Part shown: one piece after another, positions 6,887 through 16,522 of the stretch
Layout of the letters: each line of letters begins with the position of its first letter
Position numbering within the stretch: the stretch's first letter is position 1
DNA from: Nitrosospira multiformis ATCC 25196
GTDB taxonomy: Bacteria > Pseudomonadota > Gammaproteobacteria > Burkholderiales > Nitrosomonadaceae
DNA: 32,000 nucleotides
Direction of reading: 5' to 3'
NCBI RefSeq assembly: GCF_000196355.1
Contig: NC_007614.1
Location: 510,001-542,000 of the forward strand
Program-made: the position numbers and the translations under genes
The notes under the pieces: model-generated
What the model was told of the DNA's origin: nothing
Database searches by the model: none
The model's input: only the letters and a program-made list of their open reading frames with translations

Positions 6887-7753
6887 TCATGCAACAGAAC
6901 CGGCGGGTACATCACTGGTTAACGGCCTGCTTTTACCCCTGGCAACAAATGCCATGAGGCATAATCCTGCCAGCATCATCGCGTAAGTTTCAGGTTCGGG
7001 AACGGCGGTGACGAATCCAGGCACATCCGTGAGGACGATGCGTCCGTTGAGATCCTGGATTCCGCGTGCATCCCCTTCGGGAAACAGCGAGCTGAACGCA
7101 TTGATTTGCTCCGAGGACATGAATAGCGGCTGCGATAACATCACCCAGTTGACACCTTCAGAAAACGGCGGTGTGGTGAGCGAACCCGAATAGCGGAAGG
7201 ATTCCAGGTTGGAGGGAATGAGTGTATTGAGGTTGAAGTGGTCGATATGGAGTGTCTCGGAAGTGTTCTGCGGAATCTGGGAGAAAATCGGATCGAGGTC
7301 GCTGTTGAATGCGCCTGCCTGAACCCAGCGGCCAACCACGAGAAGATCCTTATTGCTGTCGCTGAAGACGAGATGCATTTCCATTGGAAATGCCACGCCA
7401 TTCAACAAATGCTCGGAAGGGGTATGAAAGTGAAACTGGGCAAGCTCCCAGTCATGGCCGGAAAGCGTGAGAGAACCTGCACCAGGATTGACATTACCTC
7501 GTACTGCGGTTTTTTCTGGGTCGGGGGAACCGTTGTTGATGACATCAAGTGACGTGTCGGAACTCAGGTTGAAGTTGAGCGCCGGCAGACGACCGAAATA
7601 GGTGCTATCCGAGCGAAAGTCGATGGGGCTTTGCGACTTCATCGCCGCCTGTGCCGATGGAGTGACTTCCGCGTGTGACGTTGACATTCCAAACACCAGA
7701 AGGGCTGAAAAGAGTGCGGTTTGACGCGATAAGCGTAACAGTGACATATTCAT
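6887..7753 (-). CDS. secreted alpha-class carbonic anhydrase domain with a C-terminal PEP-CTERM sorting signal (copy 2)
   Basis: Start moved to MNMSLLRLSRQTALFSALLVFGMSTSHA (signal peptide), with GGAG 5 nt upstream. Same alpha-CA motifs as copy 1: QSPIDF, AQFHFHTPSEH, MEMHLVF, YSGSLTTPP, LNGRIV. C-terminus AVPEPETYAMMLAGLCLMAFVARGKSR. Confidence 0.8.
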   Translation of the reverse strand: MNMSLLRLSRQTALFSALLVFGMSTSHAEVTPSAQAAMKSQSPIDFRSDSTYFGRLPALNFNLSSDTSLDVINNGSPDPEKTAVRGNVNPGAGSLTLSGHDWELAQFHFHTPSEHLLNGVAFPMEMHLVFSDSNKDLLVVGRWVQAGAFNSDLDPIFSQIPQNTSETLHIDHFNLNTLIPSNLESFRYSGSLTTPPFSEGVNWVMLSQPLFMSSEQINAFSSLFPEGDARGIQDLNGRIVLTDVPGFVTAVPEPETYAMMLAGLCLMAFVARGKSRPLTSDVPAGSVA

Positions 7754-7865
7754 CAAGTCTCCAGAATTATGACGCGCATTAGGTGCGCGCCGGGTTATGA
7801 ATAATGAATAAGATGTTGTTGCCACTTTAAACTAGCACAGCAGTTGTGAACTTAATGTCCCTGAA

Positions 7866-7885
7866 TTGTCAGGATTTTGTCAGGA
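7866..7885. promoter_or_regulatory. tandem direct repeat TTGTCAGGA-TT-TTGTCAGGA (11-bp period) upstream of CA copy 2
   Basis: Exact 9-mers at 7866-7874 and 7877-7885, 112 nt or more upstream of the ATG at 7753. Same TGTCA-N6-TGTCA core and same strand as the site at 5312-5328. Confidence 0.4.
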
Positions 7886-8218
7886 GCTTTTAACATCACA
7901 AGGGCAGGAAGGTTCTGAAAAGGATGACCGGATATGTAAAATGCATTTTTCATGAGGATCGGGGGTGGGGAAACGCCAGGAATCCCTTGCCGCCCTTCGG
8001 CACTCTCAGAGCGAACGGAGATCAGGGGTTTGGGTGAACGGGAGATGGAGAAATCGGAGCCAAACTATTAATTCGGGGAGCAAACAGTACAAACGTCATA
8101 CCGTGGGAGACCTGTATCCCATGACGTTCAAAGTACAGCATCATGGGTTCGGGCTGGATTCCGGATCAAGCCTGAAATACGAAATTCATGGGATTTTATG
8201 GTCGGATCAACAGGGCCC

Positions 8219-8256
8219 GTCAATACTCGTTTCACACCGTCGAAACAAGTATTGAC
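8219..8256 (-). terminator. hairpin downstream of zwf
   Basis: 15-bp stem with one mismatch (GTCAATACTCGTTTC / GAAACAAGTATTGAC) and an 8-nt loop, 14 nt after the zwf stop. There is no clear U-tract. Confidence 0.4.
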
Positions 8257-8269
8257 AGGCTAGGGACGC

Positions 8270-9664
8270 CTATCCCGGATTGTGCCAGCAGCCATCCGCC
8301 TCGATCAGCGCGTCGGCTGCGGCGGGGCCCCAACTGCCGCGCTCGTAGGGCAGAACGTGAGGATATGTCTTGAGCACAGGATCGAGTGCTGTCCAGGATG
8401 CCTCCACCGCTTCCCTCTTGGTAAACAGGGTGTCGTCACCAATCATTGCATCATGCAGGAGACGTTCATAAGGCGATTCGCGCCCGAAGTGCTCCTCGAC
8501 CAGGCACAACTCCTGCTGATCGCCTTTGAACTCTTTTCCGGGATGCTTGACTCTCGCTGCAATGGCAACCGCTGAGACGGGAGAAAGGCGGAACCTGAGA
8601 TAATTGGCATCACATGCGGCGCTTGCCGAATCGGCAAAAAGCTTTTGCGGCGGCGGCTTCAGCTGGACAAGGACCTCCGCAGCAGTCTTGGCCAGACACT
8701 TGCCGGAACGCAGATACCAGGGGACCCCTTCCCAGCGCCAGGAGTCGATGAAAAGCCGCAGGGCGCAGAATGTCTCGACATCGGAGTCCTCCGCCACACC
8801 CGGTTCCTGACGGTAGCCCACATATTGTCCCCGCACCAGGTCCTCGGGTACAAGGGGGCGCATGGCGTGAAATATGTTGATTTTTTCGCTTTGGACCGTT
8901 CCGAGACCGCGATAAGCGGGAGGTTCCATGGCCAGCAGCGCAACAATCTGGAAAAGATGATTCTGGATCACGTCGCGCAGGCAGCCGGCGGATTCGTAAA
9001 ATGCGCCTCGTTCTTCAACCCCGAATTCCTCAGCCAATGTGATCTGCACGCTGGCTACATAATTACGATTCCATATCGGTTCCAGAAATGAATTGGCGAA
9101 TCTGAAATAAAGAATATTCATGATCGCCTCTTTTCCGAGAAAATGGTCGATACGGAATATCGCTTCCTCGGGGAACACGGAGCGTGCAATACGGTTCAGT
9201 TCACGTGCTGACTCAAGATCCCGTCCAAAAGGTTTTTCCACAATGACGCGCGCGCCTGCGGCCAGATCGAGCGCACCAAGACCTCTTATGACATTCTCGA
9301 AAAGAAGAGGGGGGATGGCGAGATAGTGCACGGGATGACGTGCATCTCCCAGAGCCTGTTTGAGTGCCTTGAACGTATCGAGGTTGTTGTAGTCTCCACG
9401 CACATATCGCAGCAGGGAAAGGAGGTGATCCAGCGCCCGTTTGTCATCAATCTTTCCGGAGTCGCTGATGGACTGGGTCGCCCGTTCCTTGAGTTGATCG
9501 AGACTCCAGGGTGTCGAGGCGACACCGACCAGCGGCACATCGAGCATGCCCTTTTTGATCATCGCGTACAGCGCCGGAAAGATCTTTTTATAAGCGAGGT
9601 CACCCGTTATCCCAAACAGCACCAGTGCATCGGATGGCTTGGTGTAGTCATTGGTTTTTCGCAT
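8270..9664 (-). CDS. zwf: glucose-6-phosphate 1-dehydrogenase
   Basis: N-terminal dinucleotide fold [20 protein letters not shown]. Active-site motif RIDHFLGKE. Strong RBS GGGAGGAG upstream of the ATG. Confidence 0.9.
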   Translation of the reverse strand: MRKTNDYTKPSDALVLFGITGDLAYKKIFPALYAMIKKGMLDVPLVGVASTPWSLDQLKERATQSISDSGKIDDKRALDHLLSLLRYVRGDYNNLDTFKALKQALGDARHPVHYLAIPPLLFENVIRGLGALDLAAGARVIVEKPFGRDLESARELNRIARSVFPEEAIFRIDHFLGKEAIMNILYFRFANSFLEPIWNRNYVASVQITLAEEFGVEERGAFYESAGCLRDVIQNHLFQIVALLAMEPPAYRGLGTVQSEKINIFHAMRPLVPEDLVRGQYVGYRQEPGVAEDSDVETFCALRLFIDSWRWEGVPWYLRSGKCLAKTAAEVLVQLKPPPQKLFADSASAACDANYLRFRLSPVSAVAIAARVKHPGKEFKGDQQELCLVEEHFGRESPYERLLHDAMIGDDTLFTKREAVEASWTALDPVLKTYPHVLPYERGSWGPAAADALIEADGCWHNPG

Positions 9665-9868
9665 TTCGTCACTCCTCCCTTCCTGCAGTAAAAGACGAAA
9701 CCTGTTCAGGAGCTGTCGATTGACCGGCTACAGCGGGAATGCCGGTATAAAAACTCTAACTTGCTGAACGACTTTCGGCAGGGGATACCCTGCATGGTCG
9801 CCAGAAATTCGAGGAGGTGATCGTTCTACCTCCCAAAAGAAAAAGACGGAGCATCAAACAAGACTTAT

Positions 9869-11530
9869 TCAGGGGCCGCCCGTGCGGGGCCCTGCGAATG
9901 CGTCCTCGACGATTGTTTGAGCTTCCGCCACAATGCAGCGCAGGTGATCTTTTCCCAAAAAGCTTTCAGCATAAATTTTGTAGATATCTTCCGTGCCGGA
10001 AGGGCGCGCCGCAAACCATCCGTTATCGGCGATGACCTTGATACCACCGATGGAAGCATTGTTGCCGGACGCGCGAGTGAGAATAGTACGAATTGCCTCG
10101 CCTGCTATTTCAGTATGCCTTATCTGATCCGGCGACAGCTTGCTCAAAGTTTTCTTCTGCTCGGGGGTGGCCGGAGCGTCGATACGCTGGAACTCGGATC
10201 GCCCGTATTCGCGTTCAAAACCGCTGTATATCTCGCCTGGATCGCGCTCCGTACGCGCCAGTATTTCACCGGAGAGCAGTGCTGCCGCGATGCCATCCTT
10301 ATCGGTTGTCCAGGTCTTGCCATTGATGCGCAGGAACGAGGCTCCGGCACTTTCTTCTCCGCAAAAACCAAGTGACCTGTTGCCCAAACCCTCCACAAAC
10401 CACTTGAAGCCGACCGGTACTTCATAGAGCCTGCGATCGAGCGCGGCAGTCACGCGGTCAATCATCTGGCTGCTTACCACTGTTTTGCCGACTGCGGTAT
10501 TCGAAGCCCACTCATGGCGGGACTGGAAGAGGTAGTGGACAGCAACAGAAAGATAATGATCCGCAGGAAGTAAACCGCTGCTCCGGGTAACGATTCCATG
10601 CCGGTCATGATCGGTATCACATGCGAAAGCAATGTCGAAGCGGTCTTTCATATTCAGCATGCCGCGCATCGCATACCGGGAAGACGGATCCATGCGAATT
10701 TTGCCGTCCCAATCCAGTGTCATAAAACGGAAAGTCGGATCTACCTGATTGTTGACCACGGTCATGTTCAGCTTGTAGCGCTCCGCGATTGCGCTCCAGT
10801 AGTGAACGCCCGCGCCGCCGAGCGGGTCAACACCCATGTGGATCTTCGAATCAGATATGACTTTCGTATCCACAACGTTCTGCAGATCGGCAACGTAACT
10901 GTTGAGGAAGTCGTGCCGGTGGGTGGTATCCGCATGCAACGCCTTCTCGAAAGACATTCTCTTTACATCTGACAAATTCCTTTCGAGGAAGGTGTTGGAT
11001 CTGGATTCGATCCAGGAGGTGACCTCGACTCCAGCCGGTCCCCCATGTGGCGGATTGTATTTGAAGCCCCCGCTCTCAGGAGGGTTGTGGGAAGGTGTGA
11101 TGACAATCCCATCTGCCAGCCCGTGCGTGCGGCCCTCGTTGTAAGTCAGTATGGCATGGGAAACTGCCGGAGTGGGGGTATACTCGTCGTTCGCGGCAAG
11201 CATGACTTCCACGTCATTGGCAGCCAGCACTTCCAGAGCGCTTGCATAGGCGGGTTCCGACAATGCATGAGTATCGATTCCGAGGAACAGGGGACCGTCG
11301 ATATCGTGTTGTTTGCGGTATTGGCAGATCGCTTGCGTAATGGCGAGAATGTGCCATTCATTGAAACTGCCCTCCAATGACGAACCACGATGCCCCGAAG
11401 TCCCGAACACAACCCGCTCCCCAGGCAGGTTCGAGTCGGGGATACGGGTATAATAGGCGGTGACAAGCCGGGGCACATTCACCAGCATCTCGGGTTGGGC
11501 GGGGTTTCCGGCGTTAGGATTTATTTTCAT
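9869..11530 (-). CDS. pgm: phosphoglucomutase (alpha-D-phosphohexomutase superfamily)
   Basis: 553 aa. Active-site loop VITPSHNPPESGGFKYN. Mg site FACDTDHDRHG. The N-terminus MKINPNAGNPAQPEMLVNVPRLVTAYY is collinear with enterobacterial Pgm. Confidence 0.9.
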   Translation of the reverse strand: MKINPNAGNPAQPEMLVNVPRLVTAYYTRIPDSNLPGERVVFGTSGHRGSSLEGSFNEWHILAITQAICQYRKQHDIDGPLFLGIDTHALSEPAYASALEVLAANDVEVMLAANDEYTPTPAVSHAILTYNEGRTHGLADGIVITPSHNPPESGGFKYNPPHGGPAGVEVTSWIESRSNTFLERNLSDVKRMSFEKALHADTTHRHDFLNSYVADLQNVVDTKVISDSKIHMGVDPLGGAGVHYWSAIAERYKLNMTVVNNQVDPTFRFMTLDWDGKIRMDPSSRYAMRGMLNMKDRFDIAFACDTDHDRHGIVTRSSGLLPADHYLSVAVHYLFQSRHEWASNTAVGKTVVSSQMIDRVTAALDRRLYEVPVGFKWFVEGLGNRSLGFCGEESAGASFLRINGKTWTTDKDGIAAALLSGEILARTERDPGEIYSGFEREYGRSEFQRIDAPATPEQKKTLSKLSPDQIRHTEIAGEAIRTILTRASGNNASIGGIKVIADNGWFAARPSGTEDIYKIYAESFLGKDHLRCIVAEAQTIVEDAFAGPRTGGP

Positions 11531-11611
11531 GTTGTTTTTTTAAGCAGCAGACTTTTCTCATCCAGTTGGCCACTGGCAGCGAGCTCCGGCGGGAGCGCGA
11601 GCATGCGAAGC

Positions 11612-13735
11612 TCAGCGGGCTTTTTCGCTCTCGCTTTTCGTACTCTTCGTATTGTGCCGGGCAATCTGCTCCTTGGCGGCTGCGGCTATGTGTCCGGGTT
11701 CGAATCCGAAGCGTCGCGCAACAACTTTTGCCGGCGCCGATAGACCGAAGCAATGCATGGCAATGATGCAGCCGCCTGCACCTGTATAGCGCTCCCATCC
11801 GAAGCTCGATGCCTCCTCGACCGCCACACGCGCCAATATTCCCGGGGGCAAAATTTCGTCCCGATATTCCTGGCCTTGATGTTCGAAAACTTCCCATGAT
11901 GGCATGCTCACCACGCGTGATGATATTCCTTCTTTCTTGAGCTGTTCGTGGGCAGCCACACAAAGCGCGACCTCGCTTCCAGTCGCCAGCAGCAGCACGG
12001 CCGGCCTCCCGTCTTCGGCGTCGGCCAATACGTAGGCGCCGCGCGCCAGGCCGTTCGCGGCCGCATAACGGGTCCGGTCGAGAGTCGGCACTGCTTGCCG
12101 CGTCAATATCAGGCAAACGGGCCGGTCAGTGAGTTGCATGATGAGCCGCCATGCTTCCACCACTTCATTCGCATCCGCCGGCCGCAGAACAATCAGACCG
12201 GGGATGGCGCGCAGGGAAGCCAGATGCGCTATGGGCTGATGCGTGGGACCGTCCTCTCCCAGGCTGATGGAATCGTGGGTCCAGATGTAGATGATGGGAA
12301 TCTCCATCATTGCGCTCAGCCGGAGCGCGGCTCGCCCGTAGTCGCTGAATACGAGGAAGCTTGCCGCATAGGGACGCAATTTCGATAGACTCATTCCGTT
12401 GGCAATGGCGCACATGGCATGCTCACGCAAGCCGAAGTGAAAATTGCGTCCGCGGTAGTTGCCCTTTGCGTTTTCGTACTGGTCAGGCGGCTGAAACTGT
12501 CCGTAGAAATCCCCTTTCAGTTCTGTTTTTGTGGAAGGCGCGAGATCGGCGGCTCCGCCCAGCAACCAGGCAATTTTCCCTGCAATGGCATTCAGTACCT
12601 TGCCGGATGACTCCCTGGTGGCCATGCCCTTCTCATCCGCAGGGAAGATCGGTAATTCGCTATCCCAGCCTGCCGGCAAGCCGCGTTGTTGCATGCGGTC
12701 GATCTGCTCCGCCAGGTCCGGATATTGCTTCCGGTAGGCATCATACTGTACGCGCCAGCCTGCGTGTGCAGCTCTGCCGCGCTCACCGAACCCTGTCTGA
12801 AAGTATTCCCGGACTCCATCCGGTACATAAAACTGCTTGTCGGGGTCGCACCCGTAGAATTCCTTGGCGAGGCGAGATTCTTCAGGGCCCAGCGGTTCAC
12901 CGTGCGCTTCCCGCGAGTCATGCTTGTGCGGCGCCCCATAACCGATATGGCTATGCACGATAATCAGCGTGGGACGATTATCGGTGTGCAGGAACGTCTC
13001 GTAAGCTTCCGTCAGGAGCGATAATCCGTTTGCATCATCCACGTGGGCGACACTCCACCCGTATGCGGAAAACCGTGCGGCTACATCTTCCGTGAAGGTG
13101 AGATCGGTCGATCCTTCGATTGTGATGCGGTTATCGTCATATATCCAGCACAGGTTTCCAAGCTTGAGATGCCCGGCCAGGGATGCCGCCTCGCTGCTGA
13201 CACCTTCCATCATGTCGCCGTCACTGCACAAGGCATAAACGTTGTGGTTGAACAATTCGAAACCGGGCCGGTTGTAAGTGGCCGCAAGCCATTGCCCGGC
13301 GATCGCCATGCCGACGCTGTCTCCCACACCCTGGCCCAGCGGTCCCGTCGTCGTTTCCACTCCCGAAGTCCATCCATATTCCGGATGGCCGGTGCAACGG
13401 CTGCCTGCCTGGCGAAACGTCTTGAGGTCCTCCATCGTTACGGCCAACCGGTCTTCACCCTCGTAAGAGGGACTGGTTCCCTTTATTCCTGTCAGATGGA
13501 GGAGACTGTAGAGCAGCGCTGAAGCGTGACCGGCAGAAAGTACGAAACGGTCGCGATTGGGCCAGTCCGGATTATCCGGATCGTAACGCAGAAAGCGCTG
13601 CCAGAGACAAAAGGCTGTAGGAGCTGCACCCATCGGGGTACCGGGGTGACCGGAGTGGGCTTTTTCCACCTGGTCGATGGAGAGGCTGCGAAGCGTGTTG
13701 ATACAGGTTTGGTCCAGATCGGTCTGTTCGCTCAT
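11612..13735 (-). CDS. tkt: transketolase
   Basis: 707 aa. N-terminal ThDP motif AHSGHPGTPMGAAP. GDGDMMEG-type motif (CSDGDMMEGVSSEA). Transketolase pyrimidine-binding and C-terminal domains. Confidence 0.9.
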   Translation of the reverse strand: MSEQTDLDQTCINTLRSLSIDQVEKAHSGHPGTPMGAAPTAFCLWQRFLRYDPDNPDWPNRDRFVLSAGHASALLYSLLHLTGIKGTSPSYEGEDRLAVTMEDLKTFRQAGSRCTGHPEYGWTSGVETTTGPLGQGVGDSVGMAIAGQWLAATYNRPGFELFNHNVYALCSDGDMMEGVSSEAASLAGHLKLGNLCWIYDDNRITIEGSTDLTFTEDVAARFSAYGWSVAHVDDANGLSLLTEAYETFLHTDNRPTLIIVHSHIGYGAPHKHDSREAHGEPLGPEESRLAKEFYGCDPDKQFYVPDGVREYFQTGFGERGRAAHAGWRVQYDAYRKQYPDLAEQIDRMQQRGLPAGWDSELPIFPADEKGMATRESSGKVLNAIAGKIAWLLGGAADLAPSTKTELKGDFYGQFQPPDQYENAKGNYRGRNFHFGLREHAMCAIANGMSLSKLRPYAASFLVFSDYGRAALRLSAMMEIPIIYIWTHDSISLGEDGPTHQPIAHLASLRAIPGLIVLRPADANEVVEAWRLIMQLTDRPVCLILTRQAVPTLDRTRYAAANGLARGAYVLADAEDGRPAVLLLATGSEVALCVAAHEQLKKEGISSRVVSMPSWEVFEHQGQEYRDEILPPGILARVAVEEASSFGWERYTGAGGCIIAMHCFGLSAPAKVVARRFGFEPGHIAAAAKEQIARHNTKSTKSESEKAR

Positions 13736-13945
13736 GAGAGTGCTCCCGTAAAAGCGACCTTACGCGAATTACAGAAACCCGTTAATGGGATTCCATGGGG
13801 CTGTGAGCAATGCGCTTTTCGTCTTCCGTCAATATATAAAGTACAAATATTACGGATTTCCCCACCCGTCGCAGCGGAGCCGGCGCCCAGGGGAAGTTGT
13901 AGAAAACCATACTTTTCGACTCCTGACAGGAGCCAATGTTCACAG

Positions 13946-15586
13946 CTATTTTTGTTTCAGCCTGTTGTACCGCTGTATCAGGGCGTTGGTGGAGCTATCA
14001 TGTTTCAGGGACTTGCCGTTTTCATCCTCCAGTTCCTGCCCGATGCGGTGTGCCAGCACTTTGCCGAGTTCGACGCCCCATTGATCGAACGAATCGATCT
14101 GCCAGATTGTCCCCTGTGTAAAAACACTCTGCTCATAAAGAGCGACAAGGGCACCGAGGGTGTGGGGTGTGAGGCGCTCGGCAAGTATCGTATTGGTGGG
14201 GCGATTCCCCTCAAAACTGCGATGCGGGCAAAGCCAGTCCGGGACACCTTCAGCTTTGACTTCATCTTCCGTTTTTCCGAAAGCAAGCGCCTCGGTCTGG
14301 GCAAACAGATTCGCCATGAGGAGGTCATGGTGATCGCCCAAGGGGTTCAGGGTTTGGCAGAAGCCGATAAAATCACAGGGAATCAATCGGGTTCCCTGAT
14401 GGATGAGCTGGTAAAACGAATGTTGTCCGTTGGTGCCGGGTTCTCCCCACACGATAGGTGAGGTCTGGTAGTCAACCTGGGAGCCATTCAGTGTAATGTG
14501 CTTTCCATTGCTCTCCATTGTCAGTTGCTGGAGGTAAGCCGGAAAGCGCTTCAAATATTGCTCGTAGGGCAGTACGGCGAGTGTCTGCGCGCCAAAGAAA
14601 TTGTTATACCAGAGCGACAGCAATCCCATCAGGACAGGAAGATTCCTGTCGAACGGAGCGGAATAGAAGTGCTGGTCCATTGCATGGAAGCCGGCAAGCA
14701 TCTCACGGAAATTCTCTGGGCCGACGGCAATCATGGTTGAGAGTCCGATCGCGGAGTCCATGGAATAGCGTCCACCTACCCAGTCCCAGAATTCGAACAT
14801 GTTGGCGGTATCGATGCCGAATCTGGCTACTTCCTCCGCATTGGTGGAAACAGCGACGAAGTGCTTGCGCACCCCCTCCAGGTCCTTTATCTGTCGCAGC
14901 ATCCACCGCCGGGCGGTGTGGGCATTGGCCAGCGTTTCCGTTGTCGTGAATGTCTTGGAGCAGATAATGAACAGGGTTTCTTCGGGATCAAGACCTCGTG
15001 TAGCCTCCACGAAATCCGTGCCATCAACATTGGAGATGAAACGAAAGCTGAGATTGTGCAGACTGTAGTGGCGCAGCGCTTCATACGCCATCACCGGGCC
15101 CAGATCGGAGCCGCCGATACCGATATTGATGATATTGCGAATTCGCTTGCCAGTATGCCCCTGCCAGTCCCCGCTGCGTATCTTGTCGGAGAAATCCGCC
15201 ATACGGTCGAGCACGGCATGCACCCCGGGCACAACGTCATTTCCGTCGACGAGGATTTTTTCATTACGAGGCGCGCGCAAGGCGATGTGGAGTACAGCAC
15301 GCTGTTCTGTCACATTGATGGCGTCACCCCTGAACATGGCTTCAATGCGCTCGCGCAGGCCGCATTCTTCGGCAAGCTGCACCAGTAGATGAAGCGTTTC
15401 ATCAGTGATGCGATTTTTCGAATAATCCAGGTACAGGCCGACGGCCTCGGCCGTAAATCGCTCACCCCGCTTCGGATCGTCAGCGAAGAGCTGACGCAAA
15501 TGCATGCCTTTGATCGTCTGGTAGTGCGCTTCCAGTGCCTTCCAGGCAGGCCTTTGCGTCAGGGGCGTGATCATGGGTTTCGTCAT
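13946..15586 (-). CDS. pgi: glucose-6-phosphate isomerase
   Basis: Start moved from the track start at 15853 to [22 protein letters not shown] (typical Pgi N-terminus, 546 aa). Its ATG overlaps the pssA TGA (ATGA at 15583-15586). PGI signatures: [28 protein letters not shown]. Confidence 0.9.
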   Translation of the reverse strand: MTKPMITPLTQRPAWKALEAHYQTIKGMHLRQLFADDPKRGERFTAEAVGLYLDYSKNRITDETLHLLVQLAEECGLRERIEAMFRGDAINVTEQRAVLHIALRAPRNEKILVDGNDVVPGVHAVLDRMADFSDKIRSGDWQGHTGKRIRNIINIGIGGSDLGPVMAYEALRHYSLHNLSFRFISNVDGTDFVEATRGLDPEETLFIICSKTFTTTETLANAHTARRWMLRQIKDLEGVRKHFVAVSTNAEEVARFGIDTANMFEFWDWVGGRYSMDSAIGLSTMIAVGPENFREMLAGFHAMDQHFYSAPFDRNLPVLMGLLSLWYNNFFGAQTLAVLPYEQYLKRFPAYLQQLTMESNGKHITLNGSQVDYQTSPIVWGEPGTNGQHSFYQLIHQGTRLIPCDFIGFCQTLNPLGDHHDLLMANLFAQTEALAFGKTEDEVKAEGVPDWLCPHRSFEGNRPTNTILAERLTPHTLGALVALYEQSVFTQGTIWQIDSFDQWGVELGKVLAHRIGQELEDENGKSLKHDSSTNALIQRYNRLKQK

Positions 15587-16359
15587 GCTTGTTGCCCCTC
15601 GACCATCTTTCGTTTTCTTTTGGCCAGCCGCCGCCAGGTCCACATGGCATAACCCGACAAGGCGTACAGAAAAAACAGGCTGAACAGCACGACCGGTGGA
15701 TGACTCGGAATCAATGCAAAAAAGAACAGCGCCAACAACAGGGCAGTGATGAAGGGTACCGACTTGTGCAGATTGATTTCCTTGCCGCTGTAGTAGGGAA
15801 TATCGCTCACCATAGTCAGGCCTGCGAACAGGGTAATGCACCAGGCCAGCCACCGTACATCTGTGCCCGCTATGTCAAAATCCAGCATGAGCCATATAAG
15901 CCCGGCAATGAGGGCAGCCGCTGCGGGACTGGGCAGGCCCTGAAAATAGCGCTTGTCCACAACTCCAATATTCGTATTGAAACGGGCGAGGCGCAGGGCA
16001 GCGCAGACGCAATAGATAAAAGCAGCGATCCAGCCCCATTTGCCCATCCCTTTCAGGGCCCATTCGTATATTACGAGCGCAGGTGCGGCGCCAAACGAAA
16101 CCATATCGGAAAGACTGTCGTATTCCGCGCCAAATTCGCTTTGCGTGTGGGTGAGGCGGGCGACGCGCCCATCGAGCCCATCCAATACCATTGCGATAAA
16201 AATCGCCACGGCGGAGTGCTCGAAGCGCCCATTCATTGCCTGGACAATGGCATAGAACCCCGCAAACAGGGCACCGGTGGTGAAGAGATTAGGCAGCAGA
16301 TAAATGCCCCGCCGGCGCAGCTTGGCTTCGAAAACAGGGCGCGACTGAGATTCCTGCAT
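15583..16359 (-). CDS. pssA: CDP-diacylglycerol--serine O-phosphatidyltransferase
   Basis: CDP-alcohol phosphatidyltransferase motif [28 protein letters not shown], with multiple TM helices. Confidence 0.85.
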   Translation of the reverse strand: MQESQSRPVFEAKLRRRGIYLLPNLFTTGALFAGFYAIVQAMNGRFEHSAVAIFIAMVLDGLDGRVARLTHTQSEFGAEYDSLSDMVSFGAAPALVIYEWALKGMGKWGWIAAFIYCVCAALRLARFNTNIGVVDKRYFQGLPSPAAAALIAGLIWLMLDFDIAGTDVRWLAWCITLFAGLTMVSDIPYYSGKEINLHKSVPFITALLLALFFFALIPSHPPVVLFSLFFLYALSGYAMWTWRRLAKRKRKMVEGQQA

Positions 16360-16522
16360 CTTGATGCAATCCCGAAGGAAGATGGATGCATGTTAAACGG
16401 TTATCAGGCCGGGGTAAACACCACCAGGTTGGCCTCAGAAATATGACCGGCAAAATGCCGGTCCTTGACGGGAATGATCCGTCGGGTTTTCAGGGCCATT
16501 CCGAGAGTCAGTTTCGGCGCTG

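Noticed and set aside
9813-9833. Hairpin GGAGGT-9nt-ACCTCC between pgm and zwf as a terminator
   Set aside because: The T-run precedes rather than follows the stem on the transcribed (minus) strand, so it is not a functional intrinsic terminator geometry.
15587-15853. 5' extension of pgi in the ORF track (635 aa). Similar extensions occur for CA2 (to 7825), ilvC (18803, TTG), ilvI (21133), fur (21867, TTG), bamE (21821), carA (23777), greA (28288), rlmE (29336) and small protein A (6159)
   Set aside because: The extensions lack RBSs and add non-homologous N-termini or overlap upstream genes. Internal starts restore canonical N-termini or signal peptides with an RBS.
13526-16446. + strand ORFs of 311 aa (13526..14461), 175 aa (14861..15388) and 285 aa (15589..16446)
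   Set aside because: They are antisense to pgi and pssA, which have clear family signatures.
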